Assembly: GCA_002633005.1 (NCBI GenBank)
Contig: NMRA01000218.1
Coordinates: forward strand, 533,909-597,908
From: Phoronis australis
Taxonomy: Eukaryota; Animalia; Phoronida
Length of the DNA stretch: 64,000 nt
Reading direction: 5' to 3'
Shown here: in pieces, positions 53,201-64,000 of the stretch
How positions within the stretch are numbered: position 1 is the first letter of the stretch
Layout of the letters: every line of letters starts with the position of its first letter
The notes under the pieces: generated by a model
Seen by the model: the letters and a program-made list of their open reading frames with translations, nothing else
Told to the model about the DNA's origin: nothing
Database searches by the model: none
Position numbers and translations under genes: made by a program

Positions 53201-56200
53201 TCCTTTTAGCAAGCACTAAGGATCGCAAGGATTACTGCTGCAAAAATGTTTGGACATAATTGGATCACATTTGAAATAATATACTTCTTCTTAACTTAGG
53301 TAAGCGCAAAATTGTTGGAGTGACCCTACAGTTTCAAGTTGATGCACACATGATCTTGAAATCAAATGTGATTTCAGTTCAAGCACAACAGTGCCAATCA
53401 GAGATTGGACAAGAGAATTGTGGATAATTTTCAAGAGTACAAACTCGTTCTGACGTGTTCAGAATGATGTAAACAAGATATGCAATTGCCAGGATGTCAG
53501 TGTGTATTCATAATCCTGTAAAGTTTGAGAAGATCGCCTAAACAGCTCAGTTCACTCAAAAATGTGATCTGCTCGGTAAATTTGTTACACAAGCTTGTCT
53601 TTACATATGTAAACGATAACAATGTACCGACAAATTTGTAGCGAAAGAGCATGCTTAAATTGACTTTTAGTTACGTACTCATCAATTTAAACATTCTGGT
53701 CATTTAACCAAACCAGCATATTGTATACCACTACCACTTCATCACTGTAAGCTTAGGCACGCTTGGTTTAGCAAATTTCAATTTTCAGTATTAATGACAC
53801 CCTAAGAGAGCAAGTAGTAAAAGAAATGAATATAAAAATAATAATTTTGAAAGCCAAGGGCCAAATCATCAACTTAGGTGAAATGTTCTAGCTCTAACAA
53901 AAAAATTCAAAGACGTCAAACATTACAAGAACACCTGATGTACGTGAGAATTATTGCTTCAGCACATAATATTATTCTCTTGCCAAAGGGATTCCAAAAG
54001 ACAGGAAAAAATAATCCACAGGCAGATTTATATTTTTTGCAGGCAGCAGCGTGATGACCGCCTATTGACAGAGGAGAAAACACAGGAAAAATGTATGAGC
54101 AGAACAGATTCAAACCATGACTGAGACAACAGAGGAGAAGTTTGATTTAGAGCTCCATTGTGCTTCGTTTGACAATTCGGACATTTATAAAACTATCTTG
54201 GCCGGAGACCACCGCAAACTCCTAAAGCTCATTTACGAAGGGAATGAGGTAGGGGTACAAGAAACTGAATTTGGCATGACCTACTTACACCTCGTCACCA
54301 TGGCAGCGGACTCTGCAACAGAGTCCAGCTACGTTCCCATGGTACACCTGTTATCAAATGCCGGGATTCATGTGAATGCCAAGAACAATGAAGGTGAAAC
54401 GGCGCTGCATAACGCCATAAAGAAGAACTTGGAAGATCTCATGGTGGCACTATTCAGGGTTGGATGTGAGTTCCATCCCATCTACAAGTCTATAATTCAG
54501 GAGTTTGGAGGTGCATTTGAGCTGTCACTCACCATGTGGCATGACAAGTTTCACCCCGGCATGTGGCAGGCTGTGGCAGCCAATGACTACACAACAGTCA
54601 CCAGACTGATTTCCTATTGGTGCAGGATTAACATATCTAATCCCAAATATGGGACATTGCGTAAGTATGCTAAAAGCTGTGGTGCTAGTATGGAGATACA
54701 GAAAGTCCTTATTGAGAAAGAGGCAACGATGGAAGTGGTGCATGCGATCTTGGCTGGAGATGAGCGGAGGTTGGCAAACCTTCGTGCAAACAATGCCTGT
54801 GATCTGACTATCTTAGATGAGTCTTTCCAAACAAACTTCTTGAAGCCCGTCATGCCTAGAACATTATACCAGACAGCAGACTGTATGGGATTTCAGCACC
54901 TTCTGTTGTCGCTACAGTCACTGAGAAATGAGACAGATAGAGAACACCGGAGAAGTGCGAAGCGTAGTTCGCAGATATGTGGGCTCATGTGAATTAGTCA
55001 GAATTTGTTACTTAAGAATCAGTGAGGAAAGTGATTGTGAGAATTTCACGTAACACAACTTATTTCTAAGTTCCTTCAGGTGAAATTCATGCTCAGATCG
55101 ACTAGTTAACATTTTCAACACAGAACTGAATACAACTGCATTTGATGTCAAATCTCTGAATAAAGCTTTTCTAAATCGTATTTATATTTAGGTTGCAGCA
55201 CTGTATTTATTACACCAATTGCTCAATGAAAATAACAGGCAAAACGACTGTTAACATGGTTTATATTGTCTTGAGCAACAGTAACAAAATCACATCGGCC
55301 TAGAGCAGTGGTGGAATTACAGCAGTTTTACCCTTTCGCAAACAGAACAAACGAAATGCAAAACATTGATACGCACCCATGGAGTGTATCGCAAAGAGTG
55401 CAAATGATGGATAATTTTCATAGCCACTAAATAGTCTCTAGGGGGTGCAAAGCAAGCTGGAAATACAACCTTTCAAAATGATTCTTCAAGCAGTTTGGAT
55501 GGTAGAGAGAGACAGACTACAAAGGCCACAAATTTATAGAAAGGTTACTAGGAGGCGCAACATAGGCCAGCTTCATAAGGAACAGGGCGGGTCATCCACG
55601 TGAGAGTAACTTAATTGCCAAGGAATTTGGTAGATATCATGGAAAACAAGGAAAAGCAAAACTGTTGATAGTTGACTCCATGGTAGTCAAAATCCGCGTC
55701 AGTTGTACTGTACTCAATAAAAGCATATGCTAAACTTGAAAGTTGTACTGAACCCTGGGCAACAAAATTAAATTGCGACAAGAGGATGCCACAGCAGTCG
55801 GCCCGTTCAAAAATCAGGTCAGTCATACACTATTAAAGGAGCATGCCACCCAAAAAACAACCTAATTTGTATCAATTTAGATCGAGTAGTTCTACTCCAT
55901 AACGACATATAAGGTTGCGTTACCTGACACCTAACGGCAGATGAAGGTTTTGAAATTATCCAATGACGTCCATTAGTTTCACGCAGTCTGTTCAGCAGTT
56001 CACAACACAGGTTACTGGTGTCGGCTTATCGCTTGAAGTCATCGTTTAATACCAATAAATCATCAAACTTATATGTAAAACTTTTAAAAATACATCGAGT
56101 TCTTATAAAAACATGTTGTTTTATTTCGCTCTTACGGATTTATTGGTATTTGGACACACCGTAGCCTACAAAGTTCGGCAGGCCAATAAGGTCCGTAGCA

Positions 56201-59200
56201 GGAGTTTGGGGTCAGACTAGATAATTTCGAAGTATTTTCCGTGAGATGCAGACAGGAGAACCTAGATCTGTGTTGTTTAGACTTGTGATTTTTTGAGTTC
56301 TAAGCACAAAATGCTTGTTAGCCTGGCCAGTGGCTCGGAGCACGATCAGGCCCGTCGCGGCCGGTCGGATTGACTCGTTATCCCTGCCAGTGGCTCGGAA
56401 ACTGATCAGACATCATGAACATAAACCAGCCAAAGTTCAGTAGAAACTAAGCTTCCAGTCAAGAAAATACTATACTAGAGAGCCAAAGTAATGTGCACCT
56501 GATTATGTTGGTGAATTAGCCACGAAACTGCAAATCTACTTACTCGTCAGGGCCGCGAATTCAGGTTCCGCTTTGTCCACAGCACCGTCAGGGCAGAAGT
56601 TGTACATTGACAATCATTATTTGAGTAATGTAAATGTAAATAAAGATTCTCCTAACACCTGGCCGTGGGATGGAAATCGAGTTGTTTCACAACAGTTTCT
56701 GCTAGCAAACACAAAATTAGCATGAGCTCACACAGCCTAGGTGTCCCGTCAATTAGTTTTATTGCACCTAAAGCCGGTAACGCAGTGATTTATTCATTGC
56801 TGGCTTCTCAAATCATTTGCACTCACGAACACTCCAAAGGCATTACAAATTGCATCTAATGAGACAGACTTTGTTTCAGTTTTATATAAGTATTGGTTAG
56901 GGTGAGAATAATTCATTTTGAAACAGAACGTTCTGTAATAAACGCCAACATAGCAAATCTCAATCCCGACTTAGGACGAGCTAGAGCTCATCAGTCCCGA
57001 CTTCGCAGGTGGATCGTTAAGTTTTACAGGCTATAAATTCAAACAGGAATACAGTGATGAAGAAATACTAGAGAGGCGCTGTGAACAAGCTCAGACAATG
57101 GAACGTATGGAGTTATTTGGTAAGCCGGCATTCGTCAGGCACAGTTGATGTCTGCAGGCCACAGACACGGAGATGTTTCACGGCCTCATACTTGCTATTA
57201 CAGCGTACATTTCATTCTTCACTATCATGAGCCACTTCCTAAGCATTTCGGACTCTCGAGGAAATAAAAAAAGTTATATCCGCTTTCCTTGCAGCTGCTT
57301 AGTTCGGACAAGCGGGAATGATGCACAGTAACATAGCGGCATTCACTCTGCATATGAACCACTGACATCGCTAGCATCGTTTCTCACTTTCCTCACAGGT
57401 TAACCCGACACCTCTTGGCAAGGTAAGGTCGGCCGTATGCGAGGCGATGTGGATATAAACCGATTAAGACGGCAGAAAAACTAATTAAATCAGGTGGCAT
57501 TCTCCTTTAACACATCTTCACCAATTTTCATTCTTAGAGTGGTTTGGGCAAAAGAGAGGCAGACACTAAAGACCAGAGTTTAAAGTAAGAATTAATATGG
57601 CCAATCAGTGGCACACAATATGTCCAATCCATACATAAATGGACAGGTTTTATCGTCTCTTTAATAGAAACCAATTTGCCATTTTTCATGAAAATTGGCC
57701 AAGGAATTCCAAAGATATGGAGGTCATTTTAGCTGCAGTACACGTAAAAGTAAGACAGACAAAATGCCCTCTTCCTGTCATGACTAAACTGATGGATAAT
57801 TCACTTGTACTCAGGTGTCATGACAGTGAATTTCGGTTCATTACGCCAGATTATTTGTGATATGTATTGTACAGATTATTTTGCTCACATTGAAAAGAAA
57901 TTTCTACCCAACTCCATTCACACATAGCAAGAACTTACCAAAGACAACTTCCAATAAAATGAGAACTTCAGTATATTTTACTTGGTATTTTCACTTATTT
58001 AGCATACAATAAAAAGCATATAACGAAAATTTTATTTTCTAAGCAAAATCATTAACAAAACTTTTATATATTACTGTATACATGAGCATTTATCACAACT
58101 GGTGGATACGTGTCTGTAAAGAAAACAAAAATAAACAAGAATATCACTGGTCAATTCTGAGACACAATTAAATGTGAATTGGCCACAAAAGGGCCAGGTG
58201 TCCATCATAAAAACACCCGCTGGAACTATCTGCAGAGACAGCAATATTTCATTACCAGTTGAATATTTAATATATAAAGTGTGAAGCACGTCACCAATAC
58301 CACTGCTCACTCGAAGAATAATAATATAAAAATTATAAATCCAGAAAAGAGTCACCACCAACGCTCAGATACGGCGTCTTCCGAACATGAAATTAACATT
58401 AAACACAAAAAAGATTTGAATTGTGTGAAAATTGGATGTTGATGAGTTTTTTTGCAAAGGCAGAAAGCATAGTTCATCAATCACAATCTGATTCATGGTG
58501 CCCTTCTCATAACCATAATTTAATGAGTTCGGACCACCAGAAGACCTCTGATTAATTGGTTAGGAGCGTTCAACTGACATGTTCACGCATCTTGCGTAAT
58601 TAATTTGTGCAGATGAGGTATTCTTTCAAGCTACGTCAGGACAATGTGCTGTCTATAAAACACATGTGATAACCGACATAGTGGGACTATTGGTAAAACA
58701 CGAAAATTGATAATCAAAGGTGTTTCTACACTATGCTGTTAACTTTCCTTGTTCCGAGAGAGACTCCTATTTTCATTATCAAAAAGAAAATTGAAAGAAA
58801 AACGCTCCAAAGTTGTTTAGCCAATTATCTACAAAATTATATATTTTAAAACTCGGTAAAAGTATATATTTCTCGTGAAAATAGAAAGTCCGTAGAATTT
58901 CATTTTTGACTTTTTACCAATCTGTCATTAACAGGGTCAGGTGACCTTATCTTTTTACTTACGTTTAGCAAAAAATAAAAGTACATTTATGGCAAAACAA
59001 TGGTATCAGTAACATGTTCAAATTTTATTTTGAGATCTCTAAAATGGTATTACAAATAAAATATCATTTCGTATTATGCAACTTAAGAACTTTTTTCATG
59101 AAAGTCATGAAAGTATTTTGCTACCTCCAAATAAAAAATGGAAATTTTTTTAAATCAATTCCTAACAGTGTTTCGGAGAACAGTCCATAAAGCATACTAT

Positions 59201-62200
59201 TTGAAAATTTCATGTCTATCCGATCAGCCATTCCTGAGATACGAATCCAAAGTAACCCAAATATGGACGTTTTTCTAGGGCCCTGTATAAACAATTAAGA
59301 CACTCTTCCGACTGCCATGTAAAATAGGAAGTTTGACATTAAAAAGGTATTGACACCAGATTGTCACCTTGTACACAATAAAGATGCACTCTAATAATGT
59401 TATGTGTCTACTGCCTGCCTCAACACAAAATAGTGTCGAAGCCGATAGTCATTTTAAAGATACTTTTTCCCACATTTTCATCAGTGTGGAACACAAAGAG
59501 TTTCACCAAACCAAAGACATCACTAAAATAGGAGCATTTCATAAGCTACAATCCTGCATGTAATTGTGATTTTATAGGCATAAAACGCAAAGTAGAATGG
59601 CATTCGACAAAGGCGGCCATTTTGTTGGTGCACGACCAGAAAATAAAAAATATTTTATAAATCATTCGATAATCTGTTTTAATTATTTTTTCAAACATTT
59701 GATTATGAATTAAACAAGCATCATTTCAACTAGATTGGTTTGCAGTAAAGTTAAAATAAAGAAGCGGGACAAGTATCTTTAAATGTGCGAACTCAACGGT
59801 ACTTATTAGGACAATGCTTTTGGGTACCATGCATGAGCGGAGGTTTTTAATCCCACACGTTCACATGCACGGCTATACTTTCCTAGCCATGTGAACGACG
59901 GCTGACATACACATATGTTGAACTGCACCACATCAAAGTTAATGTCCGTACAAAGCATCATTCAACAATACGTCCGTCCTAAACAAAACAATCCTCTTTT
60001 GCAGAGGTAAAAAAGTTTACGGTCTGAGAGTCTTTTTACGGTCTGAGTGTCTTTATTTTCATGATGGCACTGCAGCTGAGTCGAACCAGTAAAAAACCAC
60101 TGCCCATGGAATATAGTATTCAGAATTTCCAAATGTCAGTAGCTCAAGTTATCACGAAAGCCAACAGAACATTTTTGTTAGCTCCAAAACTATGGATGTG
60201 AGAAGAAGAAATTAAAGAAATTCAGTCTGAAATCGAGACAAAAGTGCGCAAACTATTTATTAGGTAACTTCCATTACTTTTCAACCAATGTTTCAAAGAA
60301 ATTGCAAACATCCGCAATAACGTCAGAAGACTTAATTAAAAGCACGTGCCGCACAATATATTTTGTTTTTCAACCCTTTTGATTAGTCTGTGACTGTATC
60401 ACCTCGTGCTCGGTCTACCACAACAGGCCAAGAGGTGTCACTTTAACCATAGAGTAAGGTGACAACACAAAGTGATGACATCATCGGATCTTGCCATGAG
60501 TGTCGCTATTTCTGAGCGGTTAGGTGTCAAAAAGAAATGTCAAAGTCATCAGGCTGCATTGTAGTCAATCCTACAGTGAATTCTTTGGGATGTCAATGTG
60601 TGCGGAAACCAAGAATAAATTTTGTGTTCCCAGCTTTTCAGAAGCAACCAAACCATAATTGAAGCCGACTAGAAGAGTGAGCAGCAATGTAAATCATATG
60701 TTGGGTCAGTGAAGGGTGCCTATTGATCGAAACAAGGATTCGATTGTATGTCAGTAGATTTCAGGTTTGCCTAGAAGGAATTTGTAGAACAGGAACTCTG
60801 AGGTGCATAACAATATGCTAACAATTCTGCAATTATGAAATAAAACAAATCTATAAATCAAAATTTTACTAATCCACACAGGTTTAGCACCGTGGTTTGA
60901 CATTTTATTGAGGCAAGATCAATATTAGGCCGGGCTAATTTCTTAATTTGTATCAAGCGTGAAGTAGGCAACAAACAGACATGCTTGTTGATGTCACAAG
61001 CTGATTTTAGCACCTGCCTGCTGTCTAGTGTCAGGTAAAACAACTGAAAGAGCTGTTACGGAATGGAACCAGTCATGAAAATAGAATTGATGCAAAACAT
61101 TGCATTTTTGGTGGCATGCTCCCTAAATAAATTTAAAAATTCTGGTAATCATTTTTCCAAAATTGACGAAACTATACCGTAGCTACAAATTACGCAAGCC
61201 AGTCAAACACACATTCACTGCATACCATGGCAATCATGAAATTGACACAAAGCATGTGACTCCAGACATATCTCACAACACTTACTGCCAAATGCGAGCC
61301 AGCTGACCCATGCCTGTCAGGGCCAGAAATATGTTAACACTAAAGAGGTTCCAGTTCTTGGGTATAATCACCATGGAGTAGCGTGCCCATATCAAACCTG
61401 TAACAGACAACAATTAGTATTTAGTTTACACAGGCTTCTATAGATGGTGCTCATTACCATGCTTTTGATTGTCTGTTCTTACCTTGATAAAGGCATAGTC
61501 ATGTGTTGATTACTGTTTTGGCCACCTGAAGTCATTCATTACAACAAGTGGCTTCTGATAGATTTTGTTTCAAATTTTGCAGTAATTTGACTATTCCACT
61601 TCACAACAGCACCATTACAGAGAAATAAAAAAATAGAAAAATCCGGGCTTTAATTTCTAATCACACTACTGATGAAGTAACGGAAGTGCTGAACATTATT
61701 ACAACAAAAAACAGTGCTGCCATCAAGTGGTGACACAGCTTTGTCAAAGGGCATTTCTTAATAGCAAAAATTATAAACTTACCAGTCACGGCCAGAGCTG
61801 AGTTTTGGGAAAGGCTGAGCTTTTCAGCTGGACGCGCCAAATCAGCTATTCCCGCAATAACTAAAGCCTGAAATACAATAAGACGGACTATAAAGCAGCC
61901 AACATCTCAGACTTTTAGTGGCAATGCCTAAAGTTGACAACAGAGTGAAAAAAATCAACTTAGGCCAAAAAGAACTGCTAAAATTTGCAAAACAACATTG
62001 CTGAAAATGGCCAATATTGTCTACCAACAGTTTTACAATATGAGCCAAGCTAAGAACTGACAAGGTAGTTTAACTTAATTCAACTTATTTGTGTCAAGAA
62101 ATTTGTCAGTATAAATCTTCAATAATTTTATATACATATGTCTTAAACCAAAGCAAGTCCTATAGTCTCATAATATACCTTTCTTCCTCACAAAACAATT

Positions 62201-63750
62201 TTTAAGAGAATAAATCTAAAAACGACAAGCTGGTGAAGTGTTTTGGTGACACAAAATCTTCCAATGCCAGTACTTACCCATTTAAAAGTTGGCGCCCAAA
62301 AAAACACGGTTTTGGGACCTGAAATGATATATCATAAAAATTTTAAATATATGACTGTCCTGTTAAAATTATGCTCTGGCAATCTGCCATCATACTGGCC
62401 CATTTTCCATGCCAAGCATATACAAATCAGGGGCGGATTCAGGATATTTAGTTAGGGGGGAGGGGCCAGGACAGAGTATTTGCCAGGATTTTTCCGTCAG
62501 ACATTCGCACCCCTGAACTACCAAATGGAATATGGGTGTTTTAGGGGAGGCCATGGCCCCCTTGGCTCCCTCTAAATCCGCCAATTTTCCGTGCCAAGCC
62601 TCCATACCGGGCTGTAGTGTGGACCTATGCGCCTGGTCATGCCGACGTCCAAGTGAACGAAAGAGAGAATCACCTGGATGGGGCTTCTAACCTTTCATTC
62701 TTCATGTCTCCGACATCAAGCTTTTGGTTAGGTACTCTTCCACCGTCAACCTCAAACAGAGATAGTCTACCAGCATGACCACGGGACACACATCCTAAGC
62801 TCTAGAACTTAGTTTGCGACCTGCACTTCAAGCCGGTCCAGGGGTATGCAAAGAGGATTGAAAATCCAACAGCTAACAGGCAACATCAGTAGGTCTGTTG
62901 GAAGTTTGCGAAATTGCAGGTGGGCTGTACTTTTTCAGCATGTTTTCGTACCTAAACATGACAGCGTTTTCCCGTTCAGTGACTTTACCAAGTTAGGAGC
63001 AACGGGGAAAACGCCATAACTGATGTTTCCATTTCGTGCCAAGACAGAAAAATCTACCCCACTAATACGGGATGGGAATGAGATCAGACCTGGCACCTGC
63101 AATGAACCCTCAGCAATTTTTGGTACACGCCTGCAGGCACCTTGTCAATATGAGTGACACCCCCCCCCCCCCCCCCCCNATAAGAAAGTATTGTTATTGC
63201 ATTCAGCTAACAAATAGCCACATAATGCCCACATATCCTTGATAAAAAAGTGATCTGAGAACCAACCACTCCCACTGAATAACAGGCATTGTTCAGTGGG
63301 AGTAACTGGTTCTCAAATTACTTTTAAATCAGGTAGGCCTTCCAACATATGCTACTGTAACTAGTCTAAGTATCCGGCTATACCGACAACCGTGACCTAG
63401 CTCTGACCCAGATTACCTTGATTCAAGAAACTTCGAAATATATGAAAAATACAACAACAATTAATAGTGAGGCCTAAAGTTTATCATTTATGAACAAGAC
63501 TCATAAAGGAGTAGGCCAACTTCGTGGAATTTCTGATGTCAGCGACCGAACTGGACTGGGATCGTGGGAGAAGGTTGTCAAGTGACATTGTGTCGAACAA
63601 GCTTCGACAAACACAACACAATTTTTCAATTAAACTTTCTTTAAGTGGAATTCAATAAGTACCAGCTGGATGCTTCCAGAGTGGCAGCAGTCGTTTCGGC
63701 ACTGCCTTGTCAAACCTGTCGAGGAAAGCGGGTGGCGTAACGTCGCTCAT
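50278..63750 (-). CDS. MPC2: mitochondrial pyruvate carrier 2 (BRP44), 123 aa
   Basis: Exons 63750-63663, 62318-62278, 61867-61783, 61397-61286, 50323-50278, all GT-AG with phases 1/0/1/2. Translation: MSDVTPPAFLDRFDKAVPKRLLPLWKHPAGPKTVFFWAPTFKWALVIAGIADLARPAEKLSLSQNSALAVTGLIWARYSMVIIPKNWNLFSVNIFLALTGMGQLARIWHHRQGLKKEGQDTEV. It carries the MPC2 motifs HPAGPxTVFFWAP, ADxARPAEKLS and IWxRYSxVIIPKNW. The last exon is less certain than the first four. Confidence 0.95.
50430..50690. mobile_element. TA-TSD MITE, 261 bp
   Basis: ta|tggtaaaatctcatcaatttt ... aaaattagtgagattttaccg|ta inverted termini. Confidence 0.65.
52330..52472 (+). mobile_element. 3' fragment of a Helentron-associated (HINE-like) repeat
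   Basis: aaatttcatgac, then a GACA-like short tract, then a hairpin tatgcacc..ggtgcata followed by an A run. Similar ends occur near 59990 and 60800. Confidence 0.35.
54117..54992 (+). CDS. ankyrin-repeat protein (291 aa) with C-terminal CaaX motif, nested antisense in MPC2 intron 4
   Basis: Uninterrupted ORF with ankyrin motifs GMTYLHLV and GIHVNAKNNEGETALHNAIKKNLEDLMVALFRVG. Ends HRRSAKRSSQI-CGLM*. AATAAA at 55159. Probable 5'UTR intron 53300-54042. Confidence 0.88.
   Translation: MTETTEEKFDLELHCASFDNSDIYKTILAGDHRKLLKLIYEGNEVGVQETEFGMTYLHLVTMAADSATESSYVPMVHLLSNAGIHVNAKNNEGETALHNAIKKNLEDLMVALFRVGCEFHPIYKSIIQEFGGAFELSLTMWHDKFHPGMWQAVAANDYTTVTRLISYWCRINISNPKYGTLRKYAKSCGASMEIQKVLIEKEATMEVVHAILAGDERRLANLRANNACDLTILDESFQTNFLKPVMPRTLYQTADCMGFQHLLLSLQSLRNETDREHRRSAKRSSQICGLM
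55837..57506 (-). mobile_element. Kolobok-like non-autonomous DNA transposon, 1,670 bp
   Basis: TTAA|AGGAGCATGCCACC ... GGTGGCATTCTCCT|TTAA (14-bp TIR, 1 mismatch, RR..YY termini, TTAA TSD). Contains a THAP remnant. Confidence 0.8.
57150..57334 (-). pseudogene. disrupted THAP zinc-finger remnant inside the Kolobok-like element
   Basis: MLLCIIPACPN*AAARKADITFF/FPRESEMLRKWLMIVK.../KHLRVCGL shows the C-x4-C, FP, W and RVC motifs, with one stop and frameshifts. Confidence 0.7.
58071..58113 (-). CDS. candidate alternative terminal exon of MPC2 (...RIWQHVSTSCDKCSCIQ*)
   Basis: Strong acceptor ttgttttctttacag, read in the phase left by exon 4, TAA at 58071, AATAAA 35 nt downstream (58036-31). Confidence 0.4.
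61045..61125 (-). mobile_element. solo terminus of the same Kolobok-like family
   Basis: Reverse complement ggagcatgccaccaaaaa...tttgcatcaatt...ttccattccgtaac aligns with 55838-55903. Confidence 0.6.
62429..62585. mobile_element. short hAT-like MITE (CAGGGGCGGAT type)
   Basis: caggggcggattcag ... ctaaatccgcc inverted termini with G-rich and C-rich subterminal blocks. Confidence 0.55.
62611..62676 (+). pseudogene. non-LTR retrotransposon RNase H fragment
   Basis: Translates AVVWTYAPGHADVQVNERENHL, resembling the RNase HI motif W-x(1-3)-PGHAGxxGNExADxL. Confidence 0.5.
63256..63315. repeat. 60-nt hairpin derived from the ~80-bp MITE family
   Basis: tgagaacca..actcccactgaa / ttcagtgggagt..tggttctca pair with each other. 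Confidence 0.65.
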
Positions 63751-64000
63751 AATTCAAGACCAGAACCGCAGAACGTCCCTTTCCTCCTGGCCTGATTGCA
63801 AACCGATGGCGCACTGATCAGAGCGACCTCTGGGGACTACAGATGGAAAGACATCCAACGTAAAACCAGCAGAAACATCGCGTTCTTTTCAAAATTTCTT
63901 CGAATGCATGTCCATTTTTATCGAATACACTTAAATGGTACTGATTTACGGCCACAAGGAATCACTGCAGGACCTAATACTCTGGCAGCTAGAGAGAGGG

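Noticed and set aside
63159-63179. poly-C tract with an N (G-quadruplex candidate on minus)
   Set aside because: Homopolymer with an ambiguous base, so length is unreliable.

Overview
This is AT-rich, intron-containing eukaryotic DNA, probably from an invertebrate metazoan, so most ORF-track entries are spurious. I assembled four protein-coding genes by hand from GT-AG splice sites with consistent phases. (1) The 3' part of ARL13B (+, 256-5105). (2) A large uncharacterised gene (+, about 9476-47379, about 1,360 aa) with a 14 x 15-aa RxxS repeat, a coiled coil, a C-terminal CAP-Gly domain and a candidate alternative first exon encoding MFAFGLCCGK. (3) MPC2, mitochondrial pyruvate carrier 2 (-, 63750-50278, 123 aa), which has no entry in the ORF track. 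(4) An ankyrin-repeat protein with a single coding exon and a terminal CaaX box (+, 54117-54992), nested antisense in the 11-kb last intron of MPC2. That intron also holds a candidate alternative last exon with its own poly(A) signal. Introns carry many non-autonomous DNA elements: TA-TSD MITEs, a Harbinger-like MITE, hAT-like pieces, a TTAA-flanked Kolobok-like element with a dead THAP domain, a 67-bp perfect palindrome with a 9-bp TSD, and an inverted-repeat element enclosing a tRNA-like B-box fragment. There is also a degenerate Penelope-type hammerhead motif and a LINE RNase H fragment. All calls are from manual reading with no database searches.
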